A DNA stretch of 64,000 nt from an uncultured bacterium (GTDB lineage: Bacteria; Chloroflexota; UBA5177; JANWHV01). The position numbers were made by a program, and so were the translations under genes. The stretch lies in assembly GCA_963729625.1 (NCBI GenBank), contig CAVSOU010000010.1, forward strand, positions 320,001 through 384,000, written 5' to 3'. How positions within the stretch are numbered: position 1 is the stretch's first letter; each line of letters begins with the position of its first letter. The notes beneath the pieces were generated by a model, which did not search any database, was not told the origin of the DNA, and worked only from the letters and a program-made list of their open reading frames with translations. Shown piece after piece: positions 50,557 to 60,739 of this stretch.

Positions 50557-51105
50557 TCAGTCGGGAGCTGGTCCTCGCAGCGACGCTCTCGATTCGCGAT
50601 CCGGTTCACGAGACAGCTCGCTGCGCGGCGGCTTGTCTGTAATGCGCCGGACCAGATCCGCTTCATTCGAGTACCGGAGGGAACCGCTTGCCGTTCCCAC
50701 TGGGAACCAGGCGACCAGATCATATTCATGATCGTGTTGCGAAGGATCGCCGCCGATGGCAACCATCGTGTAGTAGGCAACACGCTTGCGATACCTGATC
50801 CCACGATCGAGGAACGTGTACGTAATCACGCCGGCAAAGCCCGTTATTGCCACCTCAAGGCCAGTTTCCTCGCGCACCTCGCGGAGAGCGGTCTGCTGAG
50901 CGCTCTCTCCGGCGAGTGGCGTACCCTTCGGCAGCGCCCATAGCTGCCGATCCCGCGAAACCTGATCGCGACCCACGAGCAGAATCTCGCGGGAGTCAGG
51001 TTGTCCTCGAAGCACGATACCCCCGGCTGAGAAAGCATGAACCACGCGTCGCGACACAGTCCCATCTACATCGCTGCACCGCGTCTCAGGCGTCCCCCTG
51101 GTCAT
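50557..51105 (-). CDS. NUDIX hydrolase
   Basis: SAGG and Nudix box GTPLAGESAQQTALREVREETGL. Confidence 0.9.
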   Translation of the reverse strand: MTRGTPETRCSDVDGTVSRRVVHAFSAGGIVLRGQPDSREILLVGRDQVSRDRQLWALPKGTPLAGESAQQTALREVREETGLEVAITGFAGVITYTFLDRGIRYRKRVAYYTMVAIGGDPSQHDHEYDLVAWFPVGTASGSLRYSNEADLVRRITDKPPRSELSREPDRESRASLRGPAPD

Positions 51106-51995
51106 GGTTCCAAACCGCCATCCGCAGAGTACTTCGCGGATTCGCCGGCATCCTGCCGCGTCGAACTTCGAATGCCATCAATTCCATGTCGACTTAACCC
51201 GACATGATTCTGCACGTCCGCCTGCGATACGGTTCTGACCCCGTTTCCGCGATCGCCGGTTCGAGCGGCACCCGCCGTGTCCCGCCTCTGATGCAGCACA
51301 CCAGCGAGCTCGGTGAGATTTCGGCGAAGCTGGGCGTTCGCCGCAGTCCGTAGCCAGTTGGTCGAAGCGTGGCGATGGTCGTCGTCATCTCGGCAATGCG
51401 TGCTATCGCAACTGAGAATGCGCGCGAACTCCTCGAGCTCGGCAAGACTACTCGCGTTGCAACCTATCAGGTGCCCGGTGCCTACCGCCGCCAGCGCGTA
51501 CAAATTGACCGAGCGATCCGCGACCGGCTCTCCATGCTGCCGAGCGGCTTCGCCCCGGCACTGATCCTTGATCACATCTGCAAGGAGGCGCATGACGGTT
51601 AAGTCTTGCAGTCCGGCTGTAATAAAGGCCGCCTGGGAATAGAGATAGTCGCCTGCAAGCACTACCAAATGCAGGTCGACAGCAGGCAGTTCCGCGGGCA
51701 CGAGCGGGTCTCCGCGCATCATCTGGCGGTGCGCAAGGCCGGCAACCTCAACGATCTGCACGGCCACCGCAAAGCGGAGCACTCGATCCGGAACCGAGTC
51801 CACAAACGCGCGCGAAACGAGCAGGGCAACCCGAGCGGTAATCGGGTTTCCGTGGCGGTCCAGCAGGGTCTGAATGACGTGATGCAGATACTCGCCATCC
51901 GCCTTGCCCAGGCGTGCAAGAAACCGAGAGACGCGTTCCGCATCGGTCTGAACTGGGCTCAGCAGTGCAGCAAGTCGACCGTCCATTGCTTGCAT
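51102..51995 (-). CDS. Trans-prenyltransferase homologue lacking the DDxxD motifs
   Basis: AVAVQIVEVAGLAH(RQMM), VVLAGDYLYSQA, QCRGE..Q follow the polyprenyl synthase pattern. Start uncertain. Confidence 0.65.
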   Translation of the reverse strand: MQAMDGRLAALLSPVQTDAERVSRFLARLGKADGEYLHHVIQTLLDRHGNPITARVALLVSRAFVDSVPDRVLRFAVAVQIVEVAGLAHRQMMRGDPLVPAELPAVDLHLVVLAGDYLYSQAAFITAGLQDLTVMRLLADVIKDQCRGEAARQHGEPVADRSVNLYALAAVGTGHLIGCNASSLAELEEFARILSCDSTHCRDDDDHRHASTNWLRTAANAQLRRNLTELAGVLHQRRDTAGAARTGDRGNGVRTVSQADVQNHVGLSRHGIDGIRSSTRQDAGESAKYSADGGLEP

Positions 51996-51999
51996 CTGG

Positions 52000-52815
52000 C
52001 TACAAGCCAAAGAGGCGTCGGGCGTTGGCGACCAGGGACGGGGCCAAAGCGTCAACACTTACACCTCGCGCCGCGGCAAGAACCGCGACCGTGTGAACCA
52101 CGTTTGCCGGCTCGTTCCGCTTGCCGCGCAAGGGCGCCGGCGCGAGGTACGGCGAATCGGTCTCTACGAGGAGCCGGTCTTCCGGTATGCCGGCGGCAAC
52201 CTCGCGAAGCTTGGCTGCGCTGGGATACGTGAGATTGCCTGCAAATGAAACGTAGTAACCCAGCTCAAGGAACTTCCTTGCAAACCGCGTGTCACCACTG
52301 AAGCAGTGAAGCACACCTTGCACTGACGACCCGTAGCCGGCAGCAATGGCGTAGATGTCGTCGTCTGCGTCACGATTGTGCAGGATGATTGGCAGGTGAG
52401 TCGAAAGGGCCAATCGCATATGTCTTTCAAGATGAGCTCGCTGCAGCACAGGGTCCGTGTGCTGTCGGTAATAGTCAAGGCCAGTCTCGCCGAGCGCCCG
52501 CACCCGCGGCATTTTCGCGAGACGCTCCAACTCAGAGAAGTCGTCGTCAGGCGCGGCGTGATTCGGATGAATGCCAACGGCAGCGAACACCTGAGAACAG
52601 GTGTCAGCGATTGCCAGGACCGTCCCGCAATTTGCCAGGTCAACCGACGGCACGAGCATACACGTGACACCGGCTTGCAAGGCGCGAAGGATCACAGGAT
52701 CTATTTCGGCACCTGCGCCGTCCAGAAAGTGCGCGTGCGTGTCAATATACTCGTGGTTGCAGCCGCTCTCCTGGCCCCGCGCGGAAGGCTGCCAATCCAT
52801 ACTACCCCATTTCAT
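52000..52815 (-). CDS. tatD: TatD family nuclease
   Basis: DTHAH, GIHP, GETGLDY, LHNR, HCFSG, ETDSPY. Confidence 0.93.
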   Translation of the reverse strand: MKWGSMDWQPSARGQESGCNHEYIDTHAHFLDGAGAEIDPVILRALQAGVTCMLVPSVDLANCGTVLAIADTCSQVFAAVGIHPNHAAPDDDFSELERLAKMPRVRALGETGLDYYRQHTDPVLQRAHLERHMRLALSTHLPIILHNRDADDDIYAIAAGYGSSVQGVLHCFSGDTRFARKFLELGYYVSFAGNLTYPSAAKLREVAAGIPEDRLLVETDSPYLAPAPLRGKRNEPANVVHTVAVLAAARGVSVDALAPSLVANARRLFGL

Positions 52816-52927
52816 CGAAGAGCTATGGTAGGTACGGAGCCTTCCGTCCCGGCGTCGCCACTCTCCACACGTGCGGCGACGCTGCCTTCTCCGCCGATAC
52901 TATACCACACCGAATTTCGGCCGAGCT

Positions 52928-53269
52928 CTAGCCAGGCGGCCACTGGAGTGCTCGGCCGCCAAGAACATGAATGTGCAGGTGGTCCACACTTTGCCCGCCG
53001 TCCGCGCCATGGTTCACCACCAGCCTGAAGCCGCCGTCAAGCCGCTCGGCGGCCGCAACGTGCTGCGCCATCTCCACGAGTGAATTCCAGAGCTGATCCT
53101 GCCCAGGCAGGTCGACCAGACCGGCCACATGGCTCTTGGGGGCCACCAGCACATGTACCGGTGCTTGAGGGTTGACGTCTCGAAATGCAATGACGCGATC
53201 GTTTTCAGCCACGCGCGTAACAGGAATCTCGCCTCGCGCGATGCGGCAGAAGACGCAACTATCGCTCAC
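52928..53269 (-). CDS. HIT family nucleotide-binding protein
   Basis: CVFC, DVNPQAPVH, HLHIH, WPPG; AAGGAG RBS before GTG 53269. Confidence 0.95.
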   Translation of the reverse strand: MSDSCVFCRIARGEIPVTRVAENDRVIAFRDVNPQAPVHVLVAPKSHVAGLVDLPGQDQLWNSLVEMAQHVAAAERLDGGFRLVVNHGADGGQSVDHLHIHVLGGRALQWPPG

Positions 53270-53530
53270 AAAAACGCTCCTTCCAGTTCGGTTTCGTATT
53301 CTATCAACTGCGTCGGCGCGGACCTGGCGCATTGACTGGCCCAAGCCCTTCAGCCTACAATTCTACAGCGTGGCGGTCAGGATCACGCCTTTCGCGCCGC
53401 CACTGGCCGTGCGTGGCTCGCGGGCCTGTCTCATACCCTGGACGATCCAGATACATTCGAGTGTGGTCGCGCGCTCGCCTACACGCGACCGTGCCGGCCA
53501 GCGCAGTCTGGCCAACAATGGGGAGACGGG

Positions 53531-55135
53531 ATGCAGCGGGCAATCGAGCGGGTGCGGGGGTTCTATGACCTCGATCCGGTAGCCTACGCTCGCTCAGAGG
53601 CGGCTGTCGGCCTACTGAAGAGGTCATTCACGCTTGCGGGGTACTCGCTTATCGACGTGCCCGTGCTCGAGCATCTCGAGCTGTACGTGCGCAAGAACGG
53701 TGCCGATATCCTATCAAAGCTCTATGGCTTGACGGACCAGGGTCGCCGAGAGCTCGCGATGAGACCCGAATTCACGGCCTCGGTAATCCGCGCCATGGCG
53801 GCCTCAGTGCAGCGGTCGGCCGGTCCGGTTCGCGTTGCCTATGCGGGACCAGTATTCCGCTACGAAAAGCCCCAGCGAGCGACCGCACGCCAGTTCACTC
53901 AGGCTGGCGTTGAGTTGCTCGGCGAGGCGAGCCCCACGGCCGATGCGGACGTCCTGGCCCTGGCCTGCCAGACAGCACTGGCCGCAGGAGTGCCCGAGGT
54001 CCACGTCGTGATTGGCCACCTGGGACCACTTCGTGCGCTACTATCTCACCTCTCAGTGGACGGCTATGCGGAGGGCTATCTGCTGGAGCATCTTGAGTAT
54101 TTCAATCGAGGCGCAGCACAGGAGAAGCTGGTCCGCCGGCAGCTCGGACTCGACCAACTGATTGAAGACTTCAGCGACGGCGCCGGCCGCGGAGAGTTCG
54201 CGGAGGCTCTCGGCGATCTCACTCCCGAGGCAGCGCGTGGTGTCGTCAGCGGCCTGCTGCAGCAAATGGGTGTCGATCTTGGCGGGAACTCGCGGTCGCC
54301 GGATGAGATCATCGCTCGAGTGCTTGAAAAGGCGCAGCGCCATGCGGCGGTTCGTAGTGGGGCACGCAGGGAAGGCCTCGAGCGCGCCCTGCAGTTCTGC
54401 TCCGCTCTTGGCGCGCTTCGCGGGGATCCTGAGACGGTCCTTCGGAAAGCCGGACATTTACTGCATACATACGATGTGCCCGCAAGCGCCCTTGACGAGC
54501 TTCGCATCGTCGTCGACCTTTTTCGAGACCATCGGCTGGCAAACGTGCGAATGACGCTCGCTCCAGGAATGGCGCGAGGCATCGCGTATTACAGCGGCCT
54601 CATCTTTGAAATGTACGCCAACCCGGCCGAGCGTTCATCGACAGGCGAGAACGAGCTGCAGATCTGCGGAGGCGGACGATATGATGGATTGCCTCTGGCC
54701 ATCACGTGCAGCCGATCCTTTCCTGCGCTTGGCTTCGCTTTTGGCTTGGAGAGAATGCTGCATTGCATTCCTGATGGGGCCATTCGAATCGAGAAGTCGC
54801 GTACGATTGCCGTTGTGGTGCAGAGGCCGTCGCTACGACCGCACGGCCTCCGGGTCGCCGATGCGCTGCGGAAGAAGGGCTTCCCTGCGGTCGTGTCCGT
54901 GGAGAGCGCGGAAAACGGGAAGTACCTGGAGCGAATGCGGCGAGAGGGCTTCGTCGCGATGATCGTGCTCCAGGCCGCGCAAGGTGGCGACCACCCGCCC
55001 GAGCCGAAGGTTGTACAGCTAGTACCGCACGATCGTGAACTGAATGTTGATGCTCTGCGAATGGCGGCGGCGGACGCGATGCACTCGCTGGTCGACGAGC
55101 AACCGTCGCCACCCGCCAGTGGAGAACGCATGTGA
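53531..55135 (+). CDS. hisZ: HisZ-like ATP phosphoribosyltransferase regulatory subunit / HisRS paralogue
   Basis: MRPEFTAS, FRYE, RQFTQAGVE, RGIAYYSG, GGGRYDGL, GFAFGLER; overlaps the hisG start codon. Confidence 0.72.
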   Translation: MQRAIERVRGFYDLDPVAYARSEAAVGLLKRSFTLAGYSLIDVPVLEHLELYVRKNGADILSKLYGLTDQGRRELAMRPEFTASVIRAMAASVQRSAGPVRVAYAGPVFRYEKPQRATARQFTQAGVELLGEASPTADADVLALACQTALAAGVPEVHVVIGHLGPLRALLSHLSVDGYAEGYLLEHLEYFNRGAAQEKLVRRQLGLDQLIEDFSDGAGRGEFAEALGDLTPEAARGVVSGLLQQMGVDLGGNSRSPDEIIARVLEKAQRHAAVRSGARREGLERALQFCSALGALRGDPETVLRKAGHLLHTYDVPASALDELRIVVDLFRDHRLANVRMTLAPGMARGIAYYSGLIFEMYANPAERSSTGENELQICGGGRYDGLPLAITCSRSFPALGFAFGLERMLHCIPDGAIRIEKSRTIAVVVQRPSLRPHGLRVADALRKKGFPAVVSVESAENGKYLERMRREGFVAMIVLQAAQGGDHPPEPKVVQLVPHDRELNVDALRMAAADAMHSLVDEQPSPPASGERM

Positions 55136-56193
55136 CAGAGGTGCTTAACTTTGCCGTTCCCAGCAAGGGAGCAATGGAGGAACCGACATTGCGGTTTCTT
55201 TCGGAGTGCGGTCTCAGTGTGCGGCGAAGTACTCCGCGCCAATACAGCGCGCGAATAAGCGGCAGAACCGATGTGGCGGCCGTGTTCCAGCGCGCCGCGG
55301 ACATACCTCAGAAGCTTGCGCTCGGATTGGTGGACGCCGGCATTACGGGCTACGACATCTTCCGCGAACACCTGGGAGAGTCCGATGATGTCGTGGTTGC
55401 CATCGAGGATCTCGGATTTGCTCGATGCAGGCTCGAGATTGCCGTGCCCGAGGCCTGGCTCGACGTGTCAACGATCGAGGACCTTTGCGACGTTGCCGCT
55501 GAGTTTCGGCGGCGGGGCCGTACGCTGCGCGTCGCGACCAAGTTCTCACGCTTGGTGCGGAGATTCCTCATGAACAACGGGTTGCCCAGCCACGCGCTGG
55601 TCGAAGGGACAGGCGCACTGGAGATAGCTCCTTCGATGGGGTACGCCGACATCATCGCCGATATCAATGAAACCGGTACGACCCTTCGCGCGAACCACTT
55701 GAAGACAATTGTTGGCGGCACAATTCTGGCTTCGCAGGCCTGCCTGCTGGTGAATCGACCTCGCCTCCACCTGTCAACGTGGAGAATGGAGACGATCCGT
55801 GACATCATCGAGATGATTGAAGCGCACCAGCGCGCTGGACAGGTTGTGTCCGTCACGGCGAACATCGAAGCCGACAGTGCCGAGACGGCCGCGAATAGGG
55901 TGCTGAGCCGCCGAGCCCTGGCCGGTGTACGTGGTCCGACGGTAATGCCTGTGTTCGACCCACGCGCTCCGGGTACAGTCTTCGCCGTGACGATTGTCAT
56001 CCCAACCGAGCTGTTGGGCGAGGTCAAGGATCATCTGCGGGCATGCGGTGGGGGGGCAATAACCGTACAACGTCCGCTCTATGTGTTTAGCGAGCAGTCG
56101 TCCGCGTTCGAGTCACTGAAGGCGACTATCGGTGGCGGACCAGTGTCGGTACCGCCAGAAGGTCCGGCTCCGCTCAAGCGCGCCCTGACGTAA
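55132..56193 (+). CDS. hisG: ATP phosphoribosyltransferase, long form
   Basis: AVPSKG, RAADIP, GITG.D, VATKF, GALEIAP, ETGTTLRAN.L, plus C-terminal domain (GVRGPTV...LRACGG). Confidence 0.93.
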   Translation: MTEVLNFAVPSKGAMEEPTLRFLSECGLSVRRSTPRQYSARISGRTDVAAVFQRAADIPQKLALGLVDAGITGYDIFREHLGESDDVVVAIEDLGFARCRLEIAVPEAWLDVSTIEDLCDVAAEFRRRGRTLRVATKFSRLVRRFLMNNGLPSHALVEGTGALEIAPSMGYADIIADINETGTTLRANHLKTIVGGTILASQACLLVNRPRLHLSTWRMETIRDIIEMIEAHQRAGQVVSVTANIEADSAETAANRVLSRRALAGVRGPTVMPVFDPRAPGTVFAVTIVIPTELLGEVKDHLRACGGGAITVQRPLYVFSEQSSAFESLKATIGGGPVSVPPEGPAPLKRALT

Positions 56194-57559
56194 CCGTTTC
56201 CTTTTCCGCATGCTCCTCGGAGATCAGCGTAGCCCTGCTGAACCCCAGCATGCGCCGGCCACCCGGGCGTTCCGGCGTGCGCAATTTCCCGTCGTAGAGG
56301 CGCAGGAGAAGCTGCGAGAGCTTCTGCGAATCGTGACGCAGGGCGTTATTGGTATCCACGACATCGAATTCCACGCGCACAATACGATCCCGCAACGCTG
56401 ACCAATCTCCTGGATGCACCACCTGACTCTTCCAGATCGAGGGTTTGGCCGCCCGGTAGTTGCTATTCGTGATCACGTAGTCGAACAGCTGGCGGCCCAC
56501 ATGTTTCTCGATTGCCGTGACGAAATCGATCGCCGAATAGGCGTCGGTCTCACCAGGTTCCGTTGCCACATTGCACACGAAGACCTTGAGCGACGCGCGA
56601 GACTCTTCGATCGCCCGCGCAATGCCTGGCACAAGCAGGTTCGGCATGACACTCGTAAAGAGACTGCCCGGTCCAACCACCAGCACGTCAGCGGACAGAA
56701 TGGCCTCGACCGCCTCAGGATTCGCAGGGGGCCCCTCCGGGAGGAGGTACACGTGATCGATCGCGTGACCGCCCTTTGCCAGGACCGATTCACCCTCGAT
56801 CGTCGTCTGATCGGTCAGTTCGGCAGCTAACTTCACGTCTTCGAGGGTCGAAGGCAGTATCTGCCCTTGCACGGCGAGGACGCGGCTCGATGCGGCAAGC
56901 GCCTCCTCGAAGCTGCCGGTAATGTCGGCCATGGCGGCAATGAAAAGATTGCCAAAACTGTGACCTTCGAGGCCTGAACCCTGTTTGAACCGGTAGTCCA
57001 GCAGTTGCTTCATCAAATCTTCGACGTCCGCGAGGGCGGCAATGCATTGCCGGAAGTCGCCGGGGGGGAGTATGCGGAGCTCGCGGCGCAGCCGGCCCGA
57101 GCTGCCGCCGTCATCTGCCACAGTCACGATCACGCTGAGGTTGCGTGAATACGTGCGAAGACCGTGCAACAACAACGACATGCCGGTGCCTCCGCCGATG
57201 GCCACGATCCGCGGTCCACGAAGGAGCAAGCGATGTTGCGCCACCGCGTCGATGACAGTGTGCGGCGCGCTCGACAGATCGCCGGGCCGGGAGATAACAG
57301 CAACAATGACGCGGTTGAGGTGTCGGAGCGCATACACGATCATGGAGGCGCTTAGCAAGAGAAAGAGACCGCCACGCACGACTCGGGGCACGGACTGCAG
57401 AGTGAGGTTGCCAACCCATTCGGGGAATCGATAGTCGACGTGGTACAAAGCCGAAAGGAAGTAGTCGACACCCAGGACCAGGAGGAGAAGCCCCGCGAAC
57501 AGGACGAGGAGCCAACGCTTGATCGTACTACCTGGAGCCAGCCAGGCCGGAATGCTCAA
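56174..57559 (-). CDS. yvcK: YvcK/GlmR (UPF0052) protein with N-terminal TM helices
   Basis: IGGGTG, VADDGGSSG.LR, PPGD, GHSFGNL, GPGSLFTS, RHDS. Confidence 0.92.
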   Translation of the reverse strand: MSIPAWLAPGSTIKRWLLVLFAGLLLLVLGVDYFLSALYHVDYRFPEWVGNLTLQSVPRVVRGGLFLLLSASMIVYALRHLNRVIVAVISRPGDLSSAPHTVIDAVAQHRLLLRGPRIVAIGGGTGMSLLLHGLRTYSRNLSVIVTVADDGGSSGRLRRELRILPPGDFRQCIAALADVEDLMKQLLDYRFKQGSGLEGHSFGNLFIAAMADITGSFEEALAASSRVLAVQGQILPSTLEDVKLAAELTDQTTIEGESVLAKGGHAIDHVYLLPEGPPANPEAVEAILSADVLVVGPGSLFTSVMPNLLVPGIARAIEESRASLKVFVCNVATEPGETDAYSAIDFVTAIEKHVGRQLFDYVITNSNYRAAKPSIWKSQVVHPGDWSALRDRIVRVEFDVVDTNNALRHDSQKLSQLLLRLYDGKLRTPERPGGRRMLGFSRATLISEEHAEKETVTSGRA

Positions 57560-57785
57560 TGACCAGCTCCCTTTCCACGCACCAGCGAAGAGCCTGTTTC
57601 CTGTGCATTATTCATTCGTGTTCACTCTAGCAGCGTACCCTGAGTATGTCAAACTCCCTTAGCTGGAGCGCAAAGCGCCAGCACGAGCCTATGATATACT
57701 CTCAGTTGGAGGGCAAGACGCCAGATTGTGGACTCCGCCCCCCTGGACTCGCTGCTTACATTGTCGCACCTGGAGGCTCTCTGCG

Positions 57786-58304
57786 TTGGCCACCCGAGTC
57801 ATCCTCACAGCTGATAAGCCCGCGCTGCACATCAAGGCCAGACCCGTGCAGCGTGTCGATGCATCGATTCGCAAACTTATGGCCGACATGGTGGAGACAA
57901 TGCACAGTGCCGCGGGCGCTGGGCTCGCCGCGCCGCAGATAGGCGTGTCGCTCCGCGTGATCGTGTTGTGGCACGAGGATGACGAGTTCAGGCTGGTCAA
58001 CCCTGAGATTACGTGGGCATCGCGGGACATCGAAGTCGACGAAGAGGGCTGTTTGAGCATTCCCGGCTACCGCGGAAACGTGCGCCGTGCTGCCGCCGTC
58101 AAGATTCGTGCGAAGGACGAGAAGGGTCGCAACACACACGTCCGTGCTGACGGCAGGCTGGCGCGCATCTTCCAGCACGAAATCGACCACCTCGACGGTA
58201 TCCTGTTCCCAGAACGTATGGAGCCAGGTGAGCGGCTCTGGCGCATCGATGAGTTGGCCGACTCCGACGAGCCGCTGGCGCCGACAGGCACCGAGTCACG
58301 GTAG
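57786..58304 (+). CDS. def: Peptide deformylase
   Basis: GAGLAAPQIG, EGCLS, QHEIDH; GGAGG RBS, TTG start; extended -10 TGaTATACT at 57692-57700. Confidence 0.96.
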   Translation: MATRVILTADKPALHIKARPVQRVDASIRKLMADMVETMHSAAGAGLAAPQIGVSLRVIVLWHEDDEFRLVNPEITWASRDIEVDEEGCLSIPGYRGNVRRAAAVKIRAKDEKGRNTHVRADGRLARIFQHEIDHLDGILFPERMEPGERLWRIDELADSDEPLAPTGTESR

Positions 58305-58415
58305 GGTCGAGCGCACCGTCAGGTAACCCGTCTGAACGTCGAGACCTGGGCCCCTACGAAGCTCGAACACCGCGGATTCGTCCGCCTCAAACAGCAGGCG
58401 ATCGAGTCAGGTCAT

Positions 58416-59531
58416 TTACGTTTGCAGCACCCGCTGATATGCCTCCGCGGTTCGCACGGCGATAGCATGTTGCGTGAACCTGGTGATTGCACGGTCGCGA
58501 CCCAACCGGCCAAGTTTCGAGCGAAGTGACGGGTCCGACTGAAGACAACTCAAGGCATTGCGCAGCGCTTCGACGTCCCCTTCGCGCACGACTATGCCGG
58601 CACTACCGATAACTTGCGGAATCTCGCCGGAGTCCGAGCCAATCACCGGCACACCGCATGCCATTGCTTCGACGAGCATTCGGCCAAACTGTTCCTTCCA
58701 GCGAGGCGTGGTGAGGCTGGGTCCGGCCAGGACGTCGAAGCCTCGCATGACAGCGGGCATCTTCGCCGAGCCAACTTGTCCGACAAACTCGACCCGGTCC
58801 TGAATCCTCAGGGCGCGTGCCTGATGCTCAAACATGCCCCGATCTGGACCACTGCCAACGACACGCAGCCGCCACGCATCGCCGGTCAGACCGGAAACCG
58901 CCTCCAGCAGCACCCCAAGTCCTTTCGCCTCAGTAAGCCGGCCGACGAAGCCAATTGTGAATGGACGTTGAGCGACAGTACCTTGTGACTCACCTTCCGG
59001 CTGGAACAGCTCAGGGTCGATGCCGAACTGGGGCACCACCTCCACAACTCCCAGGAAACCCTTATCACGGATGATTCTCCCCGCATCCTCATTGCCGACG
59101 ATGCCCAGGTCCGCTCGGCGGAACACGTCGGCCTCCATCCAGCGGAAGGGTGGCGGATACGTGCGCGGAATATTCTGCCAACTGAAGAACGCGAACTTCA
59201 CGCGACGGCGCCTGGCCGCGCGCAGCGCCAGCCATGTGGAGAGATTGTAGGCCTCCTCGTCGAAATGGAGGATGTCCGGCATGACCGAATCAAGCAGCGC
59301 GCCAAGACCCCGGTAGTAGTGCACGTGGTAGTGGCCGTTCAGGCGCATCGGGAGCACGGTAAGCGTATATCCGCTGGTGAACGACCGCTCAAGCACCCAA
59401 TCATGTCCCTTTTCGCGCCAGAACGGCGGCACCGCGACGGTCAGCTCCATGCCAGGCAGGGCTGCCAGCTCCTCCAGCTTGCGCTGATACATGCCGACAA
59501 CCAGCGCCTTCGACACCATTAGAACGCGCAC
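58416..59531 (-). CDS. GT4 glycosyltransferase
   Basis: FVGRL...KG, WKEQFGRMLVEAMACG. Confidence 0.92.
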   Translation of the reverse strand: MRVLMVSKALVVGMYQRKLEELAALPGMELTVAVPPFWREKGHDWVLERSFTSGYTLTVLPMRLNGHYHVHYYRGLGALLDSVMPDILHFDEEAYNLSTWLALRAARRRRVKFAFFSWQNIPRTYPPPFRWMEADVFRRADLGIVGNEDAGRIIRDKGFLGVVEVVPQFGIDPELFQPEGESQGTVAQRPFTIGFVGRLTEAKGLGVLLEAVSGLTGDAWRLRVVGSGPDRGMFEHQARALRIQDRVEFVGQVGSAKMPAVMRGFDVLAGPSLTTPRWKEQFGRMLVEAMACGVPVIGSDSGEIPQVIGSAGIVVREGDVEALRNALSCLQSDPSLRSKLGRLGRDRAITRFTQHAIAVRTAEAYQRVLQT

Positions 59532-60739
59532 TGCGCAACTCCTGTGATGATCGCCTCCACGCGTGAACCCGTCGCTTCCCAGTTGAAGCGAGCCGCGCGT
59601 TCAGCTCCTTGGGCCGAAAGCTTTGCATGGAGGGTGTCATCGGTCGCGAGGCGTGCCATCGCGGTCGCCCAGCCCTGCACGTCATCCGGATCGACGAGGA
59701 TGCCGGCCGACCCCACTGCCTCCGGAAGACTCGTAGCACCGGAGCAAATCACCGGAATGCCACAGGCCATTGCTTCCACCGGAGGCAGGCCGAAGCCCTC
59801 CGCGCGCGACGGAAACACAAAAGCACGAGCATCCCGATAGACGGCGGCGAGGTCCTCTTCGGCGATCCGCTCGACGAAGAGCACCCGCGATCCCAGAGCC
59901 AGCATCGCGGCATCCGCGCGCCAATCGGGGAAGAGCGCTTGCTGGCCGGGCTTCGGCAGTCCGGCAACCACTACGAGCGGCGGAATCGCTGCGCTTGACA
60001 GGCCGGCAACCGCCTTGAGCAGCACGCCGATGTTCTTCCGGGCATCGGCTCCACCGACGTATAGGAGGTACTGCTCTGGAAGCCCATAGGTTTCGCGGGC
60101 TCGAGCGGATGCAGCCGGATCGACCACGCGGTCAAACGTCGATTCGACCCCGGGAGTGACGACATGAACGCGCGACGCCGGGACACCCAGCCGCGTTACG
60201 ATCTCGCTCTTCGCATAATCCGACAATGTGATTGCCGCGGCAGCACGCCGCGCAGCCGACCCGACGAGACGGAAGTAGGTCTTAGCCGCAAATGAGCGGG
60301 CATACGCTGGATCGGCGAGCGGAATGACGTCATGAATGCTGATGACTGTCGGGCAGGGGGATACAAATGGGGCGCTGAAATGTGGGGAATACAGCACCTT
60401 CGCGCGCACCCTTCGCGCCGCGATAGGGAGTGCCACCTGTTCCCAAAACAACTTGCGCTCGTAGGAACCAACTCGCAGGGGTGGCATGGAAGCGGCGACT
60501 ATCCGCGGGACGGTATCGGGCACACCTGTGCCAAACGCCTCTTCCGCGAGCCGCCGATCATCGGCGACCACGAACGTTGCAAGATCCTGGGCGCTGCCCA
60601 GGTGTCCAAGTACGTGGCGCGCATAGCGCCCGGTGCCTGTGTGTGGATGCTCGAGAAACAGACCGCTGGCCGCCACTCGCAATGCGCCTGGCTCAATGGG
60701 CAGTGCGCGGCGAGCGCGCGTGTGCGTCGACGCGGTCAT
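59519..60739 (-). CDS. GT4 glycosyltransferase (mannosyltransferase-like)
   Basis: GTGRY, IHD, RKN, EGFGLPPVEAMACG. Confidence 0.92.
   Translation of the reverse strand: MTASTHTRARRALPIEPGALRVAASGLFLEHPHTGTGRYARHVLGHLGSAQDLATFVVADDRRLAEEAFGTGVPDTVPRIVAASMPPLRVGSYERKLFWEQVALPIAARRVRAKVLYSPHFSAPFVSPCPTVISIHDVIPLADPAYARSFAAKTYFRLVGSAARRAAAAITLSDYAKSEIVTRLGVPASRVHVVTPGVESTFDRVVDPAASARARETYGLPEQYLLYVGGADARKNIGVLLKAVAGLSSAAIPPLVVVAGLPKPGQQALFPDWRADAAMLALGSRVLFVERIAEEDLAAVYRDARAFVFPSRAEGFGLPPVEAMACGIPVICSGATSLPEAVGSAGILVDPDDVQGWATAMARLATDDTLHAKLSAQGAERAARFNWEATGSRVEAIITGVAQCAF

Noticed and set aside
56174-56193. 20-nt convergent overlap of hisG and yvcK
   Set aside because: Short tail-to-tail overlaps are common and involve only low-complexity C-terminal tails here.
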